Both the position numbers and the translations under genes were made by a program. 64,000 nt of DNA from an uncultured Candidatus Saccharibacteria bacterium. Its GTDB lineage: Bacteria > Patescibacteriota > Minisyncoccia > Phycocordibacterales > CAIZLB01. The stretch lies in the NCBI GenBank assembly GCA_964368945.1, contig CAYJDM010000004.1, positions 8,577-72,576 on the forward strand, in the 5' to 3' direction. The notes under the pieces were generated by a model. That model saw only the letters and a list, made by a program, of their open reading frames with translations. It did not search any database and was not told the DNA's origin. This document shows, one piece after another, positions 19,478 through 30,177 of the stretch (its first letter is position 1; every line of letters starts with the position of its first letter).

Positions 19478-20008
19478 TTATATTCGGTCAGAAACCCTGT
19501 ATCCGTAATACGCCTGATCGCCCGTAACTTCAGATAGATCATAAGGGAATTCGGAAGGATCGAACGAACCTCTTTCCTCTTCAGATGCAGCATCGACTTC
19601 GAGTATGCGCAGGTCGCTGTCTACGAACTCATCATACTTCATGACAAAAGGCTTCTCATTCTGAACGAGGCTGAATTCATATCGGGTTTTTTCAAGTCTT
19701 AGCACGGATGACGCAAGCAGTTCTGCATATTCACCTTCTGATATCTTGGTCTTTTCAGAAACCCTGTTGCCGTCCTTGGTCACCTTCGAAATAAGCAAGA
19801 TCTGTACATCGCCGTTCGGGTACGTCTTGTGAGCGAGCTTCTTTTCACTTTCCTCATCGGTTATCAGCCAATCTGAAGCAAGGACAAATGATGAAGCGTG
19901 GTTGGCTTCGAGAAAAGATTGTTCGATCGGCGCTGAAATGAATTTGCGCGCATTGTCCTCCATGCTTTCTTTTTTCTCAGGATTATGCGGTTGGATTGAT
20001 TCGGTCAT
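19478..20008 (-). CDS. hypothetical protein
   Basis: 176-aa ORF with coding-like composition. Possible weak CYTH-like N-terminus (NARKF) but not convincing. Confidence 0.4.
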   Translation of the reverse strand: MTESIQPHNPEKKESMEDNARKFISAPIEQSFLEANHASSFVLASDWLITDEESEKKLAHKTYPNGDVQILLISKVTKDGNRVSEKTKISEGEYAELLASSVLRLEKTRYEFSLVQNEKPFVMKYDEFVDSDLRILEVDAASEEERGSFDPSEFPYDLSEVTGDQAYYGYRVSDRI

Positions 20009-20068
20009 GATTATGTTGATATTAGAATTTCTTAAAAACCGTTAGTAAAAAACATGTCAGTTTGGATA

Positions 20069-20425
20069 TCATCGTAGCGCGAAGTTGGAACCTATCTTAG
20101 CATCAGAAAAAATACGATTACTGCCATTACAACCTGAATCGCAATACCAAAAAAATATCCTCTTTAGCCCGGTCACGGGAACAGCTGACAATGCAATGAA
20201 GACATCAGAAACCCCTGACGAGTCGCCGGTAGCCCTGTCGCCATGCGTTTTTGGATCGAAAAGATAGACGACTGACGAGAGCGCGAAAATGCCGATCGCG
20301 CCGAGGATGACGGCGGAGAGGCCGTTCGCATCTAGCCCGTTGGACAGCCAGGCAACAGCGAACGAGATCACTGCCGCGGTTGCAAACAGGACAAGAAGCG
20401 AAAAAGACTTTGATTTGTAGTACAT
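20069..20425 (-). CDS. hypothetical small membrane protein
   Basis: Two predicted TM helices in the N-terminal half. Confidence 0.35.
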   Translation of the reverse strand: MYYKSKSFSLLVLFATAAVISFAVAWLSNGLDANGLSAVILGAIGIFALSSVVYLFDPKTHGDRATGDSSGVSDVFIALSAVPVTGLKRIFFWYCDSGCNGSNRIFSDAKIGSNFALR

Positions 20426-20649
20426 GATTTTATGCTATCAGCCTTTATGCGGAATGTGAAGTCATTACAGAGCACGTCACATTTTTATACGATTGTTAGG
20501 ACTCGGTCACCGGTTCATTCTGCTGCGCAGAATGCCCGTCGACCCCGCCTCCTCGTTGCGCTTCGCCGTTAGGGGTAATGCAACAATTGTGACAGGTGGC
20601 GGCTCACTGCGCAACTTCGTCCGGCTTTCTCGTATCCTATTCCCTGGTC

Positions 20650-20699
20650 AGGAAAATCAAAAGACCCGGCCTGACGGCTGCGGGTCTTTTGATTTTCCT
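20650..20699. terminator. bidirectional intrinsic terminator-like palindrome (AGGAAAATCAAAAGACCCG ... CGGGTCTTTTGATTTTCCT)
   Basis: 19-bp perfect inverted repeat with a 12-nt loop, flanked by A/T runs on both strands. It lies downstream of the copper operon. Confidence 0.5.
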
Positions 20700-20958
20700 G
20701 ATGCTGACTGTCGCGGTCTTGAACCTACGTGATGAGACACCGTAAGGCTTTCTTATGATCCCTTCTACTCCTTATATGAGGCGTTTCGGTCTCTAGGGTG
20801 TTTTTATAGACCAAGCAAACTAAGCGTATTTCACCCGTCTCGGTCACTGTCTCATTTTCAAAATGAAGCACTTTCGCTCCGCCTTGAGGAATATGGGTAT
20901 TCTAGTAAAAATGAGACAGAATAAGACACTTTGGAGGTAGCCAATTTTGTGTCTCGTT

Positions 20959-21393
20959 TTAAGACTGAAACTCTACTTCGAATGGATACATTCCCATTCC
21001 GCACGATCCCTTAAGTGAACCAATTTTCCCACTGCCAATATCTATATCTGTTGATCCTGATTGGGGTAGTGATTTGGTTATATCCAAACTTGGAATACGG
21101 ACTGAGGATGAGCAATCAAAAGTCCCTTTTGTATTGAATCGAATGATTGTCGGTATTCCTGCCTTAGCAATACTCTTTCGTGGTTGATACCCGCCTCTAG
21201 CGGTTATCTCAATAATCTGTTTTCCATCTACAACACTGACATTGTTTGCATTTATAACTTGCCCAGTATCACCACCGTCTCGTGTGAATATGAAAGCTCC
21301 CCCGATGAGAACTACCGCCACAATAATTGAAATAATAGTTGCTTTCATAACTGGAATTATACTAGAAATTAAACACTGGCGGTATGACCCCAA
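20959..21393 (-). CDS. cupredoxin-like copper-binding protein
   Basis: N-terminal TM helix. Cupredoxin_1-like core (IEITARGGYQPRKSIAKAGIPTIIRFNTKG...GSCGMGMYPFEVEF) with a C-terminal CxxxxM copper motif. It is the last gene of the copper operon. Confidence 0.6.
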   Translation of the reverse strand: MGSYRQCLISSIIPVMKATIISIIVAVVLIGGAFIFTRDGGDTGQVINANNVSVVDGKQIIEITARGGYQPRKSIAKAGIPTIIRFNTKGTFDCSSSVRIPSLDITKSLPQSGSTDIDIGSGKIGSLKGSCGMGMYPFEVEFQS

Positions 21394-22393
21394 TTACTAC
21401 CAGGCTATTAATAAGGTTGAAGAGCGCAAACATGATAACAATCAGTCCTGCTGTCTTGAAGAAGATTCCTGCCTTTGAACTTTTTTGAATACTGAATGAG
21501 CTGAAGCTAATGAGAGCCAGAACTGGCAACGTACCAAGTGCGAACGCAAACATCGTTAGTCCTCCAGTGAGAAAACTTCCTGTGGTAAGTGTGTAGAGTT
21601 GCATGGATTGTGTGAAGCCACATGGCAAGAAGAATGTCGCCACACCAACAAGAAGCGGAGTAAGAGTGTGGTTGAATTTCGACACACCGTGAGCATGCTT
21701 AGCGATAAACTTCGGCATTGACGGCTGAAGTTTTTTTGCCCAATGAAAAGTATCAAGGAGATTGATACCTAGAATAAGCATGACGATGCCGATGATTAGA
21801 CTCAGGATAAATGTTGCCGAGGTGTTAAGTGTGAATGCTGATCCGATAGTACCTATTACTCCACCGAGTATAAAGAATGATGCAATACGGCCACCATGGA
21901 ACATGAGTTGAGGTTTTATCTTGTCACCTTCTTTCGCAAACGTAGCAGACATCGAGAGAACCAATCCACCGACAACTGCCATACAGGTTGAGAGTGAAGC
22001 AATGATACCTATCACGAATGCTGTGCCATAGGTTACATTTCCAGCACTCACAAGATTTACTATTCCCATTTTCTGTAGCACCACAAAGAGTACTGCAAAG
22101 CCGAGAGCAATCGGGACCGCAATCCTGAAGTCTCCCCATTTGGCATTATGCTGTTGTTTTTCAACTGAAACACTATAGCCATGGGATTTTAAAGGAATAG
22201 TAAGTTCTAGAGCGATCTGTTCCAGTGTCTTATCACCAAAATCACCAATAACTTCTACTGAATGATTCTTGAGACTCGATTTGACATGGGTGATATTTGG
22301 CAGATCACTAAGCTCGCTTTCTGTCATGAGCACACAAGCGTTGCAGTGCATACCGTGTACATGAAAGGTATATTTTTGTGTTTGTGTAGTCAT
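21362..22393 (-). CDS. HMA-domain fused to a CcdA/DsbD_2-like multi-pass membrane protein
   Basis: N-terminal heavy-metal-associated motif GMHCNAC. A polytopic membrane domain follows with conserved Cys in two helices (LSTCMAVVGG and FFLPCGFTQS). Confidence 0.55.
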   Translation of the reverse strand: MTTQTQKYTFHVHGMHCNACVLMTESELSDLPNITHVKSSLKNHSVEVIGDFGDKTLEQIALELTIPLKSHGYSVSVEKQQHNAKWGDFRIAVPIALGFAVLFVVLQKMGIVNLVSAGNVTYGTAFVIGIIASLSTCMAVVGGLVLSMSATFAKEGDKIKPQLMFHGGRIASFFILGGVIGTIGSAFTLNTSATFILSLIIGIVMLILGINLLDTFHWAKKLQPSMPKFIAKHAHGVSKFNHTLTPLLVGVATFFLPCGFTQSMQLYTLTTGSFLTGGLTMFAFALGTLPVLALISFSSFSIQKSSKAGIFFKTAGLIVIMFALFNLINSLVVIGVIPPVFNF

Positions 22394-22398
22394 GATAA

Positions 22399-24678
22399 TT
22401 ATAATTTTTTAGCTTTAATGCGAAGCGAGTTCGATACGACCGATACAGACGACATCGCCATAGCAAATCCCGCAAAGATTGGGTTGAGTAGCCAACCAAA
22501 AATCGGATAAAATAAACCAGCAGCAAGCGGAATTCCAACAATATTGTAGATAAATGCCCAGAAGAGGTTCTGCTTAATTCCTCTCATAGTGATTCGTGAC
22601 AACTTGATAGCTTTTACCAGTTTAGAGATATCACCATGAAGCAGTGTTATACCCGCAGATTCGATAGCGACATCTGTTCCTGTACCCATAGCAATACCAA
22701 CATTGGCTTGTGCGAGAGCGGGAGCGTCGTTTACTCCATCTCCTGCCATGGCCACTATTCTTCCCTGATCCTGAAGTGCTTTGACTTTATTCATCTTGTC
22801 TTCGGGCAATACATGAGCCATTACTTCGTCAATACCAACTTGAGAGGCGATGTATTTTGCGGTCTTCTCATCATCACCTGTAAGCATAATCACTTTTATA
22901 CCCAATTTATGGAGGCTTGCGATAGCATCTTTTGATTCTTTCTTCACTTCATCAGCTACCATAACAAAACCAAGAAACGTATCTTTGGTACTCATAAGCA
23001 CTGGAGTTTTCCCTTGAGCTGTGTATTTTTCTAACTGCTTTTGATCAAAAGAAACCCCAAGCACTTCAATCAATTTTGCATTACCGACAAAATATTCTTT
23101 TCCTTCAATTACCCCCTTGAGACCCTTTCCTTGAATGATTGAAAAATCCGACGCTGTTTTTAACGATATATTTTTACTTTTTGCATACTGCGTAATAGCG
23201 TGCGCGATTGGATGCTCTGATTTATTTTCAAGGGAAGCAATTATACCTATGAGAGATTCGTCACTTAAATCCGATTTATTGTGTATATCAACTACAGACG
23301 GCTTGCCGATAGTAATGGTTCCTGTTTTATCTACCACTACAGTATCTGCCTTGTGCAAATGTTCTAGGGAAGCTGCGTCTTTGATGAGGATTCCATTTCG
23401 TGCCCCTTTACCTACACCAACAATGATTGCTGTGGGAGTTGCAAGACCGAGTGCACATGGACAAGCGATAACAAGAACACTTACAAACGATAGAATGCCT
23501 AGTGATAATGCTTGCGAGAATCCAATAAATTGTGAACCAACTGAAAGCCAGACAACAAGAGAAACAAAAGCAATGATAAGCACTATTGGCACAAATATAC
23601 CCGACACTCTATCTGCAAGGGCTTCTATCGGAGCCTTACTGCCTTGTGCATCTTCAACCATTTTAATAATTTGGGATAGGAGTGTTTCTTTGCCGACCTT
23701 TTTGGCTTCGAATACAAATGAACCGTTGGTATTAATTGTTCCTGCGACGACAGAATCACCAACATTTTTTTCGACAGGAATTGGCTCGCCAGTAATCATT
23801 GATTCGTCAATAAATGAACCACCTTCAATAATCGAGCCATCAACAGGTATTTTACTGCCGGGCTTTATCACGATTTTATCACCGTGCACCACTTCATCGA
23901 TTTTCACCTCCACTTCGTTTCCCTTTCGAATAACAAGAGCTGTCTTTGACTGAAGATTCAATAATTTTTCAATAGCATCACCTGTCTTTTTCTTTGATCG
24001 TGCTTCAAGATATTTACCGAGAGTTATAAAACCAATGACGACAATGGTGACATCAAAATATGTATACTCGGGAACACGTAGTAGCACTCCAAGTGATGGT
24101 GAAAGTGTAACCAAAATACTGTAGGTATACGCAACAAGCGTGCCGAGACCAATAAGTGTATCCATATTAGCGACTCTGTGCTTAATGAATCTTGTCACTC
24201 CAAGCAGATATGGTTTACCTACCCAGAACAATGCCACAGTTGCCAAGACCATAGAAATGGTATTAAAAAGAGCCATCGGAATCGGTAGATTCGGCATCCA
24301 TGTAGTTGTCCGAGCAAGAATGTCCCACATCATAAGAACAAACACCACCAGTGTAATGGGTATGATAAACTCAGTTTTATTTTTGAGTTCATCAAGTTCA
24401 TTTTCTTTGGGGGCTGTATGATTATGTTCAGCATTAACCTGATTTTCTCCCATGACAAAGGAGTATCCTAATTCGCTTATTTCCTTATTCATTACATCAA
24501 TTGAGACACGGCTTTCGTCATAATCAATTTTTGCCTTTTCATTTCCATAATTTACAGAAACAGAATTAATATATGGCACACTCGAAAGTTTTTTGGTGAT
24601 AATCGAAGCACAGCTGGCACAATGCATTCCTTTCACTTTTAAGATTTGTGTAGTCATGATGATTATATGTTGTACCAA
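22399..24678 (-). CDS. copA: copper-translocating P1B-type ATPase
   Basis: N-terminal HMA motif GMHCASCAS, membrane CPC motif ([11 protein letters not shown]), phosphorylation site DKTGTIT, and hinge [10 protein letters not shown]. Confidence 0.9.
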   Translation of the reverse strand: MVQHIIIMTTQILKVKGMHCASCASIITKKLSSVPYINSVSVNYGNEKAKIDYDESRVSIDVMNKEISELGYSFVMGENQVNAEHNHTAPKENELDELKNKTEFIIPITLVVFVLMMWDILARTTTWMPNLPIPMALFNTISMVLATVALFWVGKPYLLGVTRFIKHRVANMDTLIGLGTLVAYTYSILVTLSPSLGVLLRVPEYTYFDVTIVVIGFITLGKYLEARSKKKTGDAIEKLLNLQSKTALVIRKGNEVEVKIDEVVHGDKIVIKPGSKIPVDGSIIEGGSFIDESMITGEPIPVEKNVGDSVVAGTINTNGSFVFEAKKVGKETLLSQIIKMVEDAQGSKAPIEALADRVSGIFVPIVLIIAFVSLVVWLSVGSQFIGFSQALSLGILSFVSVLVIACPCALGLATPTAIIVGVGKGARNGILIKDAASLEHLHKADTVVVDKTGTITIGKPSVVDIHNKSDLSDESLIGIIASLENKSEHPIAHAITQYAKSKNISLKTASDFSIIQGKGLKGVIEGKEYFVGNAKLIEVLGVSFDQKQLEKYTAQGKTPVLMSTKDTFLGFVMVADEVKKESKDAIASLHKLGIKVIMLTGDDEKTAKYIASQVGIDEVMAHVLPEDKMNKVKALQDQGRIVAMAGDGVNDAPALAQANVGIAMGTGTDVAIESAGITLLHGDISKLVKAIKLSRITMRGIKQNLFWAFIYNIVGIPLAAGLFYPIFGWLLNPIFAGFAMAMSSVSVVSNSLRIKAKKL

Positions 24679-25223
24679 GTAGTTCTAAGACCCTTGAGTG
24701 TCTGTAAGCCATTTGAAAGAAATGCTTCGACAGCATCCGCATTATTCAAAACTTCAGCTCGACTTGATTTTGATCTTGTCTCTTTTGTCATAACTATCCC
24801 TGCTTCATGGTGAGCAATAATGGCATTAAGAAAACGTAGATCAAATGTATCGCCCGCAGGTCCAAGATTTGCTACGATTGGATCTCTCACTGTTTTAGTG
24901 TCTCCATACCAGTCTTTCTTCCAAGCATATAGTTCAGCAATAGTTTTTGGTTCATCATTTAGGATATTTTGTGAGAGAGTCTTCATCTCAGGACGAACAG
25001 TATTTTTTCCGAGTTGCTCAGCCAAAAGCATCGCTCCACGATGATGAGATATCATCGCATTTACATATCGCAGATCAAAAGTCCTATCAGCCTGACCGAG
25101 GCTCATCGTATTTTTCTCATACATAGAAACTTTGTATTCGGGAGTGAGGTAATATCCAAAGCTAACACCTAACACCGCACCAACTACCATAAGACCGAAT
25201 GCTAAATATATTGATATTTTCAT
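24663..25223 (-). CDS. DUF305 family protein (copper-resistance associated)
   Basis: Signal/TM N-terminus. Two DUF305 repeats ([16 protein letters not shown] and [16 protein letters not shown]). Confidence 0.65.
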   Translation of the reverse strand: MKISIYLAFGLMVVGAVLGVSFGYYLTPEYKVSMYEKNTMSLGQADRTFDLRYVNAMISHHRGAMLLAEQLGKNTVRPEMKTLSQNILNDEPKTIAELYAWKKDWYGDTKTVRDPIVANLGPAGDTFDLRFLNAIIAHHEAGIVMTKETRSKSSRAEVLNNADAVEAFLSNGLQTLKGLRTTWYNI

Positions 25224-25224
25224 T

Positions 25225-25500
25225 TTATTTTCTTTTTAGACGATATACTTTGATAATTTCTTCTGTAGCTTTGGCTGCTTTTCCTTCCTTGATCTGGTTT
25301 ACAAGACAATGACCAAGGTGATGCTCAAGAAGTTTGTCTTCCACATTAGAAATGCCCTGCTTTACCGCAGAGGCTTGAGTAATAACATCAATGCAATACG
25401 CACCTTTTTCAATCATATCTTGAAGACCCCGAACCTGACCCTCGATTATCTTAAGACGCCGAACTAATTTTTCTTTATCTGTTTTCATACTACTCATCAT
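25225..25500 (-). CDS. csoR: CsoR/RcnR-family copper-sensing transcriptional repressor
   Basis: LKIIEGQVRGLQDMIEKGAYCIDVITQ...HHLGHC: DUF156 fold with the C-H-C metal ligands. Confidence 0.75.
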   Translation of the reverse strand: MMSSMKTDKEKLVRRLKIIEGQVRGLQDMIEKGAYCIDVITQASAVKQGISNVEDKLLEHHLGHCLVNQIKEGKAAKATEEIIKVYRLKRK

Positions 25501-25518
25501 ATACCCCCTAGGGGGTAT
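25501..25518. promoter_or_regulatory. CsoR operator-like perfect palindrome ATACCCCCTAGGGGGTAT
   Basis: 18-bp perfect GC-rich inverted repeat of the TACCC-N-GGGTA type. It lies between a TATAAT -10 (rc of 25533-25538) and the csoR start codon. Confidence 0.5.
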
Positions 25519-25564
25519 ATGTCAACAACACAATTATACCCAGATTCCCATTTCAATAATCTGA

Positions 25565-26803
25565 CTATTTCTTAATTCTTTTAGACGGTGGCACATAATC
25601 CGTCTCCAGATACCAATATCTGTACCTCTTCGGTCTGTCTGGATAATCAAAGAATCGAGTTTCTGGAGTACTGTTCTGTACTCGCTTGAGGCTTGGACCA
25701 TCAACCTTTCCTTTCTTGATATATTCAGCTTCTATCTTCTTCCATCGCTCCACTGGATACCCGTCCTCGTCGTCAAACCACATGCTGAAATTCTGACGCT
25801 CGTGTTCTGGAAAGTAATTGATATGTCCCATACCCCACATCGGAGCGGATATCTCAAAACTCTTCGCTGTCTTTCCGCCGACACGGATCGGTTCCATATG
25901 CTTTTCCTCCATAAAATCATCGATGCCGACACATGACATGTCCAAGAGATACTCACGAGAGAATACCGTCCAGAGATCATGGTTTCTTGGATTAGGCAGA
26001 CCTCGTTCTACGTTCTTGATTGCCTTAGCATCTGGATACTTCGCAGACCACAATATACGATTCCTATCATCAAGAAGTGGGTACGCCTTGAATATGCCAG
26101 ACATCTCGTCATGCTTGATTGCCTTATATAGACGAATCAGTATTGACCTTGGATCAAGTAAGTTTCCCAGAACGACGATGTTGGTTGTCTCATCCCCGAT
26201 GGAGAGAAGCTCTCCCATGAACCACTCGTAAAGCAGGTCAACCTTAGCTTGATCGGTAAACGAGGTTACGTCTTCGATGTCGTCACAGATAATGAGGTCG
26301 GGTCGGTGGTCACGATATTTGAGCCCTCGGATATTTTGATTTGCCCCGATACACATGATCTTCGCTCCGTACTTTGGAATCTCAATCGTGTACGCACCCC
26401 AGTCTTCCTTGGTCGCTTGGAACGGACCAAGATCGCTCTTGAGCAGTTCATTTTCTTCTAGCTCCTGCTTGATGTTGTCGAAGTGGGATTGGGACTGGAC
26501 TCTGGTTTTAGAAACGATCAACACGAACTTCTTCTGGTGCTTTCCGAGGATACTCCACAGAGCATTAGAAAGGTTCAGGATGGTTGATTTTCCTGAACCT
26601 CTAAATGCCATGAACACGTTAAGCTTGTGTTGGTATGACTCGGTAATGCGGAACATCTCCTTATGGAACCAAGCGAACTCATACTTCAAATGCCTCCGAA
26701 GATAGATACTGCAAAATGCCTCGTGATTTTGATACACGAGTGCGGTTCGCACGGCGGTATCATTGATGACCGCCTGTATTATTTCTGGAGATAGTTTTTT
26801 CAT
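25565..26803 (-). CDS. phage terminase large subunit
   Basis: Walker A in the ATPase domain (AFRGSGKST) and a C-terminal RNaseH-like nuclease region. The overall ~410-aa architecture fits a terminase large subunit. Confidence 0.75.
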   Translation of the reverse strand: MKKLSPEIIQAVINDTAVRTALVYQNHEAFCSIYLRRHLKYEFAWFHKEMFRITESYQHKLNVFMAFRGSGKSTILNLSNALWSILGKHQKKFVLIVSKTRVQSQSHFDNIKQELEENELLKSDLGPFQATKEDWGAYTIEIPKYGAKIMCIGANQNIRGLKYRDHRPDLIICDDIEDVTSFTDQAKVDLLYEWFMGELLSIGDETTNIVVLGNLLDPRSILIRLYKAIKHDEMSGIFKAYPLLDDRNRILWSAKYPDAKAIKNVERGLPNPRNHDLWTVFSREYLLDMSCVGIDDFMEEKHMEPIRVGGKTAKSFEISAPMWGMGHINYFPEHERQNFSMWFDDEDGYPVERWKKIEAEYIKKGKVDGPSLKRVQNSTPETRFFDYPDRPKRYRYWYLETDYVPPSKRIKK

Positions 26804-27186
26804 TTGAAAAGTTTGAGTGCGTCCTTGAGAATTTCCTTTTGTTGAGCATTCAGCTCAGTTTTCTTTTGCACCTTTCGTATCAGGTCTCTCTTGTCCTCAG
26901 ACATGAAGCGATGGTGGTTGTTCTTGAGCCACAGAGCAATCGCCTGATATTTCTTCTCTCTGATGAGAGCAATGAGATGAGCTTCGGACATATCGTTTAT
27001 GTTCTCCACGCCATCGACCTTGGCGTTATCAACGTTTGCCTTGAAGTCTTCGTCTTCATTGCACCAGCGGTAGAACGTGGCTCGTGAGATTCCACCTTTC
27101 TTGCATGCCACTTCCACAATCGGAACGGTACGCAGATGCTCCAGCAGAACTTCCTTCTGCTTTTTTATCTTCAGATCTACTGCCAT
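26800..27186 (-). CDS. phage terminase small subunit-like HTH protein
   Basis: 128 aa with HTH (GGISRATFYRWCNED). It overlaps and lies immediately upstream of the large-subunit gene. Confidence 0.5.
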   Translation of the reverse strand: MAVDLKIKKQKEVLLEHLRTVPIVEVACKKGGISRATFYRWCNEDEDFKANVDNAKVDGVENINDMSEAHLIALIREKKYQAIALWLKNNHHRFMSEDKRDLIRKVQKKTELNAQQKEILKDALKLFK

Positions 27187-27188
27187 GA

Positions 27189-28511
27189 CTAGCTTATTTT
27201 CTTACGCTTCTTGCCAGTCTCTTTCTCCCAGCGATTCATGATGACTTCTGCATAGACGTGAGACTTTTCCATGATGAAGCAACGACGACCCATCTTCACT
27301 GATGCAATGAGTGTGCTTCCACTTCCTCCAAATGGTTCGAGGATGAGGTCGTCTCTCTTTGTAAGGACTTTGAGATACGGTACGAGGAGTTCGATCGGCT
27401 TCGTACCGAATATAATCTCCTGTCCAGAAGACTTCTTGTCTGCGGCGGTATGCGAGATGAAGTCCGTGGGACAAATTTTCTTTCCTTTCTCGTATGGCTC
27501 GAAGTGCGGATGTCCTGACGTTGCGAAGATGGCATTCTCGTACTCGTTTTGAAACAATCCTTCTTCTGGTTCGAGGTTTAGATCTACTTCTCCCGAAGTA
27601 CCGACAAGGGCGATATCAGTCTTGTTGAAGAACTTGTTTGAAGCTGAGAATCCCTGCATCCGATTTGGCACATGCCACGTTATCGTATTGCGATATTTCC
27701 AGTGAACTTCGAGTGCGTTCCAGATGGTGCGAAGGTTCTTCGGATTCTCGAAGATGATTATCGAGAAGTCAGGTTTTTGCACCTTAGCGACGTTTGCCAT
27801 CCAGAGATCTGAAAAGTTCTCAGGCAACACATCTGTTTCCAGATAGCGACGATTCTTCTTTGAACCGAATCCGACAGTTGGACCATCCTTTCCTCGACCT
27901 TTACCTTTGAGATAATCGAGGATATACGGAGGGTCAGTTAGCACCATGTCCGCTTTGTTTTCTCCCATGAGTTTGAGCATATCTGCCTCGACGGTCGAGT
28001 CACCAATCATCAATCGTGAGCCGTCGAGATCGTATACTTCGCCTTTCTTTGCATCGACTGTGATATCAAGCTTTTCGAGTTCCTTTTGGAGATCAAACTG
28101 TTCCTCGTTCTTTTCCATTGGGAAGATATCGTCAATATCCTCAGACGTGAATCCGATATCGAGGAGCATCGAGCTGTCGAACTCGGCGAGCATATCAAGA
28201 TCAAACTCTCCTTGGTTTCGATTGAGTCTGAGATTGAGTTCTGCTTCTTTTTCTGGTGTGAGATTCACGAACACGACTGGCATATTCTTGTATCCCAACT
28301 CTTTGCACGCTTCCACACGGAAATGACCTCCAACGATGACGTTCATTCTTTCCTCGTGCGTGTTCACGATTATCGGATCGACATTGCCGAACCGATTGAT
28401 ACTTTCCTTGAGCTGTTTCTTTTGCTCGTCCGTCCACTTGCGTGGGTTCTTGTCGTTTGCGACGAGACTGTCGATTGAGACGTACTCAATCTTTAGATTT
28501 TCTTTGTTCAT
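27189..28511 (-). CDS. ParB-like nuclease domain fused to DNA (N6-adenine/N4-cytosine) methyltransferase
   Basis: N-terminal ParB/Srx motif (NPRKW...GGHFRVEA). Methyltransferase motif IV DPPY (VLTDPPYI) and motif I FGGSGST near the C-terminus. This is a typical phage arrangement next to terminases. Confidence 0.75.
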   Translation of the reverse strand: MNKENLKIEYVSIDSLVANDKNPRKWTDEQKKQLKESINRFGNVDPIIVNTHEERMNVIVGGHFRVEACKELGYKNMPVVFVNLTPEKEAELNLRLNRNQGEFDLDMLAEFDSSMLLDIGFTSEDIDDIFPMEKNEEQFDLQKELEKLDITVDAKKGEVYDLDGSRLMIGDSTVEADMLKLMGENKADMVLTDPPYILDYLKGKGRGKDGPTVGFGSKKNRRYLETDVLPENFSDLWMANVAKVQKPDFSIIIFENPKNLRTIWNALEVHWKYRNTITWHVPNRMQGFSASNKFFNKTDIALVGTSGEVDLNLEPEEGLFQNEYENAIFATSGHPHFEPYEKGKKICPTDFISHTAADKKSSGQEIIFGTKPIELLVPYLKVLTKRDDLILEPFGGSGSTLIASVKMGRRCFIMEKSHVYAEVIMNRWEKETGKKRKKIS

Positions 28512-28932
28512 ATACTTTCTAGATAGTTAGTGAGTAATCTAGAAGCAACAAAAAACCGCCTACGATATCAAAGTTATCTTTAATACCAAAGGCGGGTTCT
28601 CGTTTCTATATTTATCGACCTGAACAATAGAAAGACCTTTAACCTTTGGGGGTTAAAAATATTTCTATTGCCAGAATGGTCACCTTCGCCAGTCCACTAT
28701 CATGAGATAGTTTCTGAAGTTTCTTCCATTTAAGCTACGTTGCATAGAACTTTAACTAAGGATGCTTGCATTAATCCATCTTAGCCGTTTTTAGATATGG
28801 GTGATGTATTGGTGCTTCTGTGAGTATTTTAGCACAAAACTCAATACAGCAAGTGTCTTTTTTGAGACAAATACGTGTCACTTTCAAAAACCGCTATGTT
28901 TCAAAGTGATTTAGGTAATTGACTGTTGATAA

Positions 28933-29802
28933 CTATTTCCAAAAAGCGAACCTCTTGAAGAATCCGAACACTTTCTGCACGAATGTCTCTTTTAGCGGTT
29001 CAGGTGTCTTTACCTCCTCAACTACAGGAGCTTCGACTACTGAAGTCGTGGTAGATTCCACTTTTACTTCTGGCTTCGACTCTATCTTCTTGATTGTCTC
29101 AGTTTTCTTTTGAACGGCGGTAGTAGGCACAATCTTTGGAGCTACTGTCTCAGTTGCTTGTGAGAAAAATTCAGGATGTTTTACTCTATAGATATCCTCA
29201 ATCTTTTTGTAGTTCTCAGGATTCATCGACTTAAGGAGATTCAGTTGGGCAGACCATTCGTCGGGAGGTAGTGTCTCAAGCCAGTCGTATAAATCGTAGA
29301 TGGTAGCTGATGACTTTGGAATCTCAGTCGCTCTTTCGTACTCGGCAGTCTGCATGTCGTATTCGAGCTGTTTGATTTTCAGTTTCAGCTCGGCAATCTC
29401 TGCTTCTTTTGCATTAGTGTCTGACTGAGATTGATACGATGACTTCTGTGATTCGAGTTCGCTTATCTGCGATGCGTATTTTGCGGTTATCTCGGCAACC
29501 TTTGCGTCTGCTTGGTTTGAGATTCCACTTTGTGCGTAGAGACCACGGATGTAGTTTATCTCCGCATCTCGCTCTGACTTTAATTCAGATATTCGGGCGT
29601 TGATAGTACTGATTGAAGCCGATGGATTATTCGACAGTTGCGACTCAAGACTTCTTAATCGATATTCTAAAGCCGACAGTGCTTCCTTTTGTTTTATCCC
29701 AACATCAGCTGGGAGATAATTGTAATCTGTTGCGTGTGCGATTGATGCTTGGAATACAAAGATTCCTAGCACGAACACACATGTTCGTAATTTATTTTTC
29801 AT
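28933..29802 (-). CDS. secreted coiled-coil protein (hypothetical)
   Basis: Signal peptide followed by a long heptad-rich region and a Pro/Glu/Lys-rich tail. Confidence 0.4.
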   Translation of the reverse strand: MKNKLRTCVFVLGIFVFQASIAHATDYNYLPADVGIKQKEALSALEYRLRSLESQLSNNPSASISTINARISELKSERDAEINYIRGLYAQSGISNQADAKVAEITAKYASQISELESQKSSYQSQSDTNAKEAEIAELKLKIKQLEYDMQTAEYERATEIPKSSATIYDLYDWLETLPPDEWSAQLNLLKSMNPENYKKIEDIYRVKHPEFFSQATETVAPKIVPTTAVQKKTETIKKIESKPEVKVESTTTSVVEAPVVEEVKTPEPLKETFVQKVFGFFKRFAFWK

Positions 29803-30177
29803 AAGCCACTGTAGCGGTTTTAGCCTATTAATTTAATAATAGACGAAGAATCTTGAGTCGTGAGACAGAAGACTCCTCGCCATTGTGATCCAACCTTTCG
29901 GTCAGACCCATATACCCTTTCGGGTACACGACCGCTACAGTGACTCTGACGAGGAGTCTTCTATACTGTAGCGGTTTTATATTCCGACCATATCCTAAGG
30001 AAACTAAGCGTTTTCTAAGGGGTTAGGTCTTTGTTGTATGTGTACATGATAGCAAAAATCGAGCTATCTATCTAGACTCTAGCTTAGATTCGGAGCCTTG
30101 CGAAGCATCGGTTACCAACAGCTGAATTTGAAGACTATGCGGTATCTAAAAGGGCTCAATTTTAGTAAAATAGAAAT

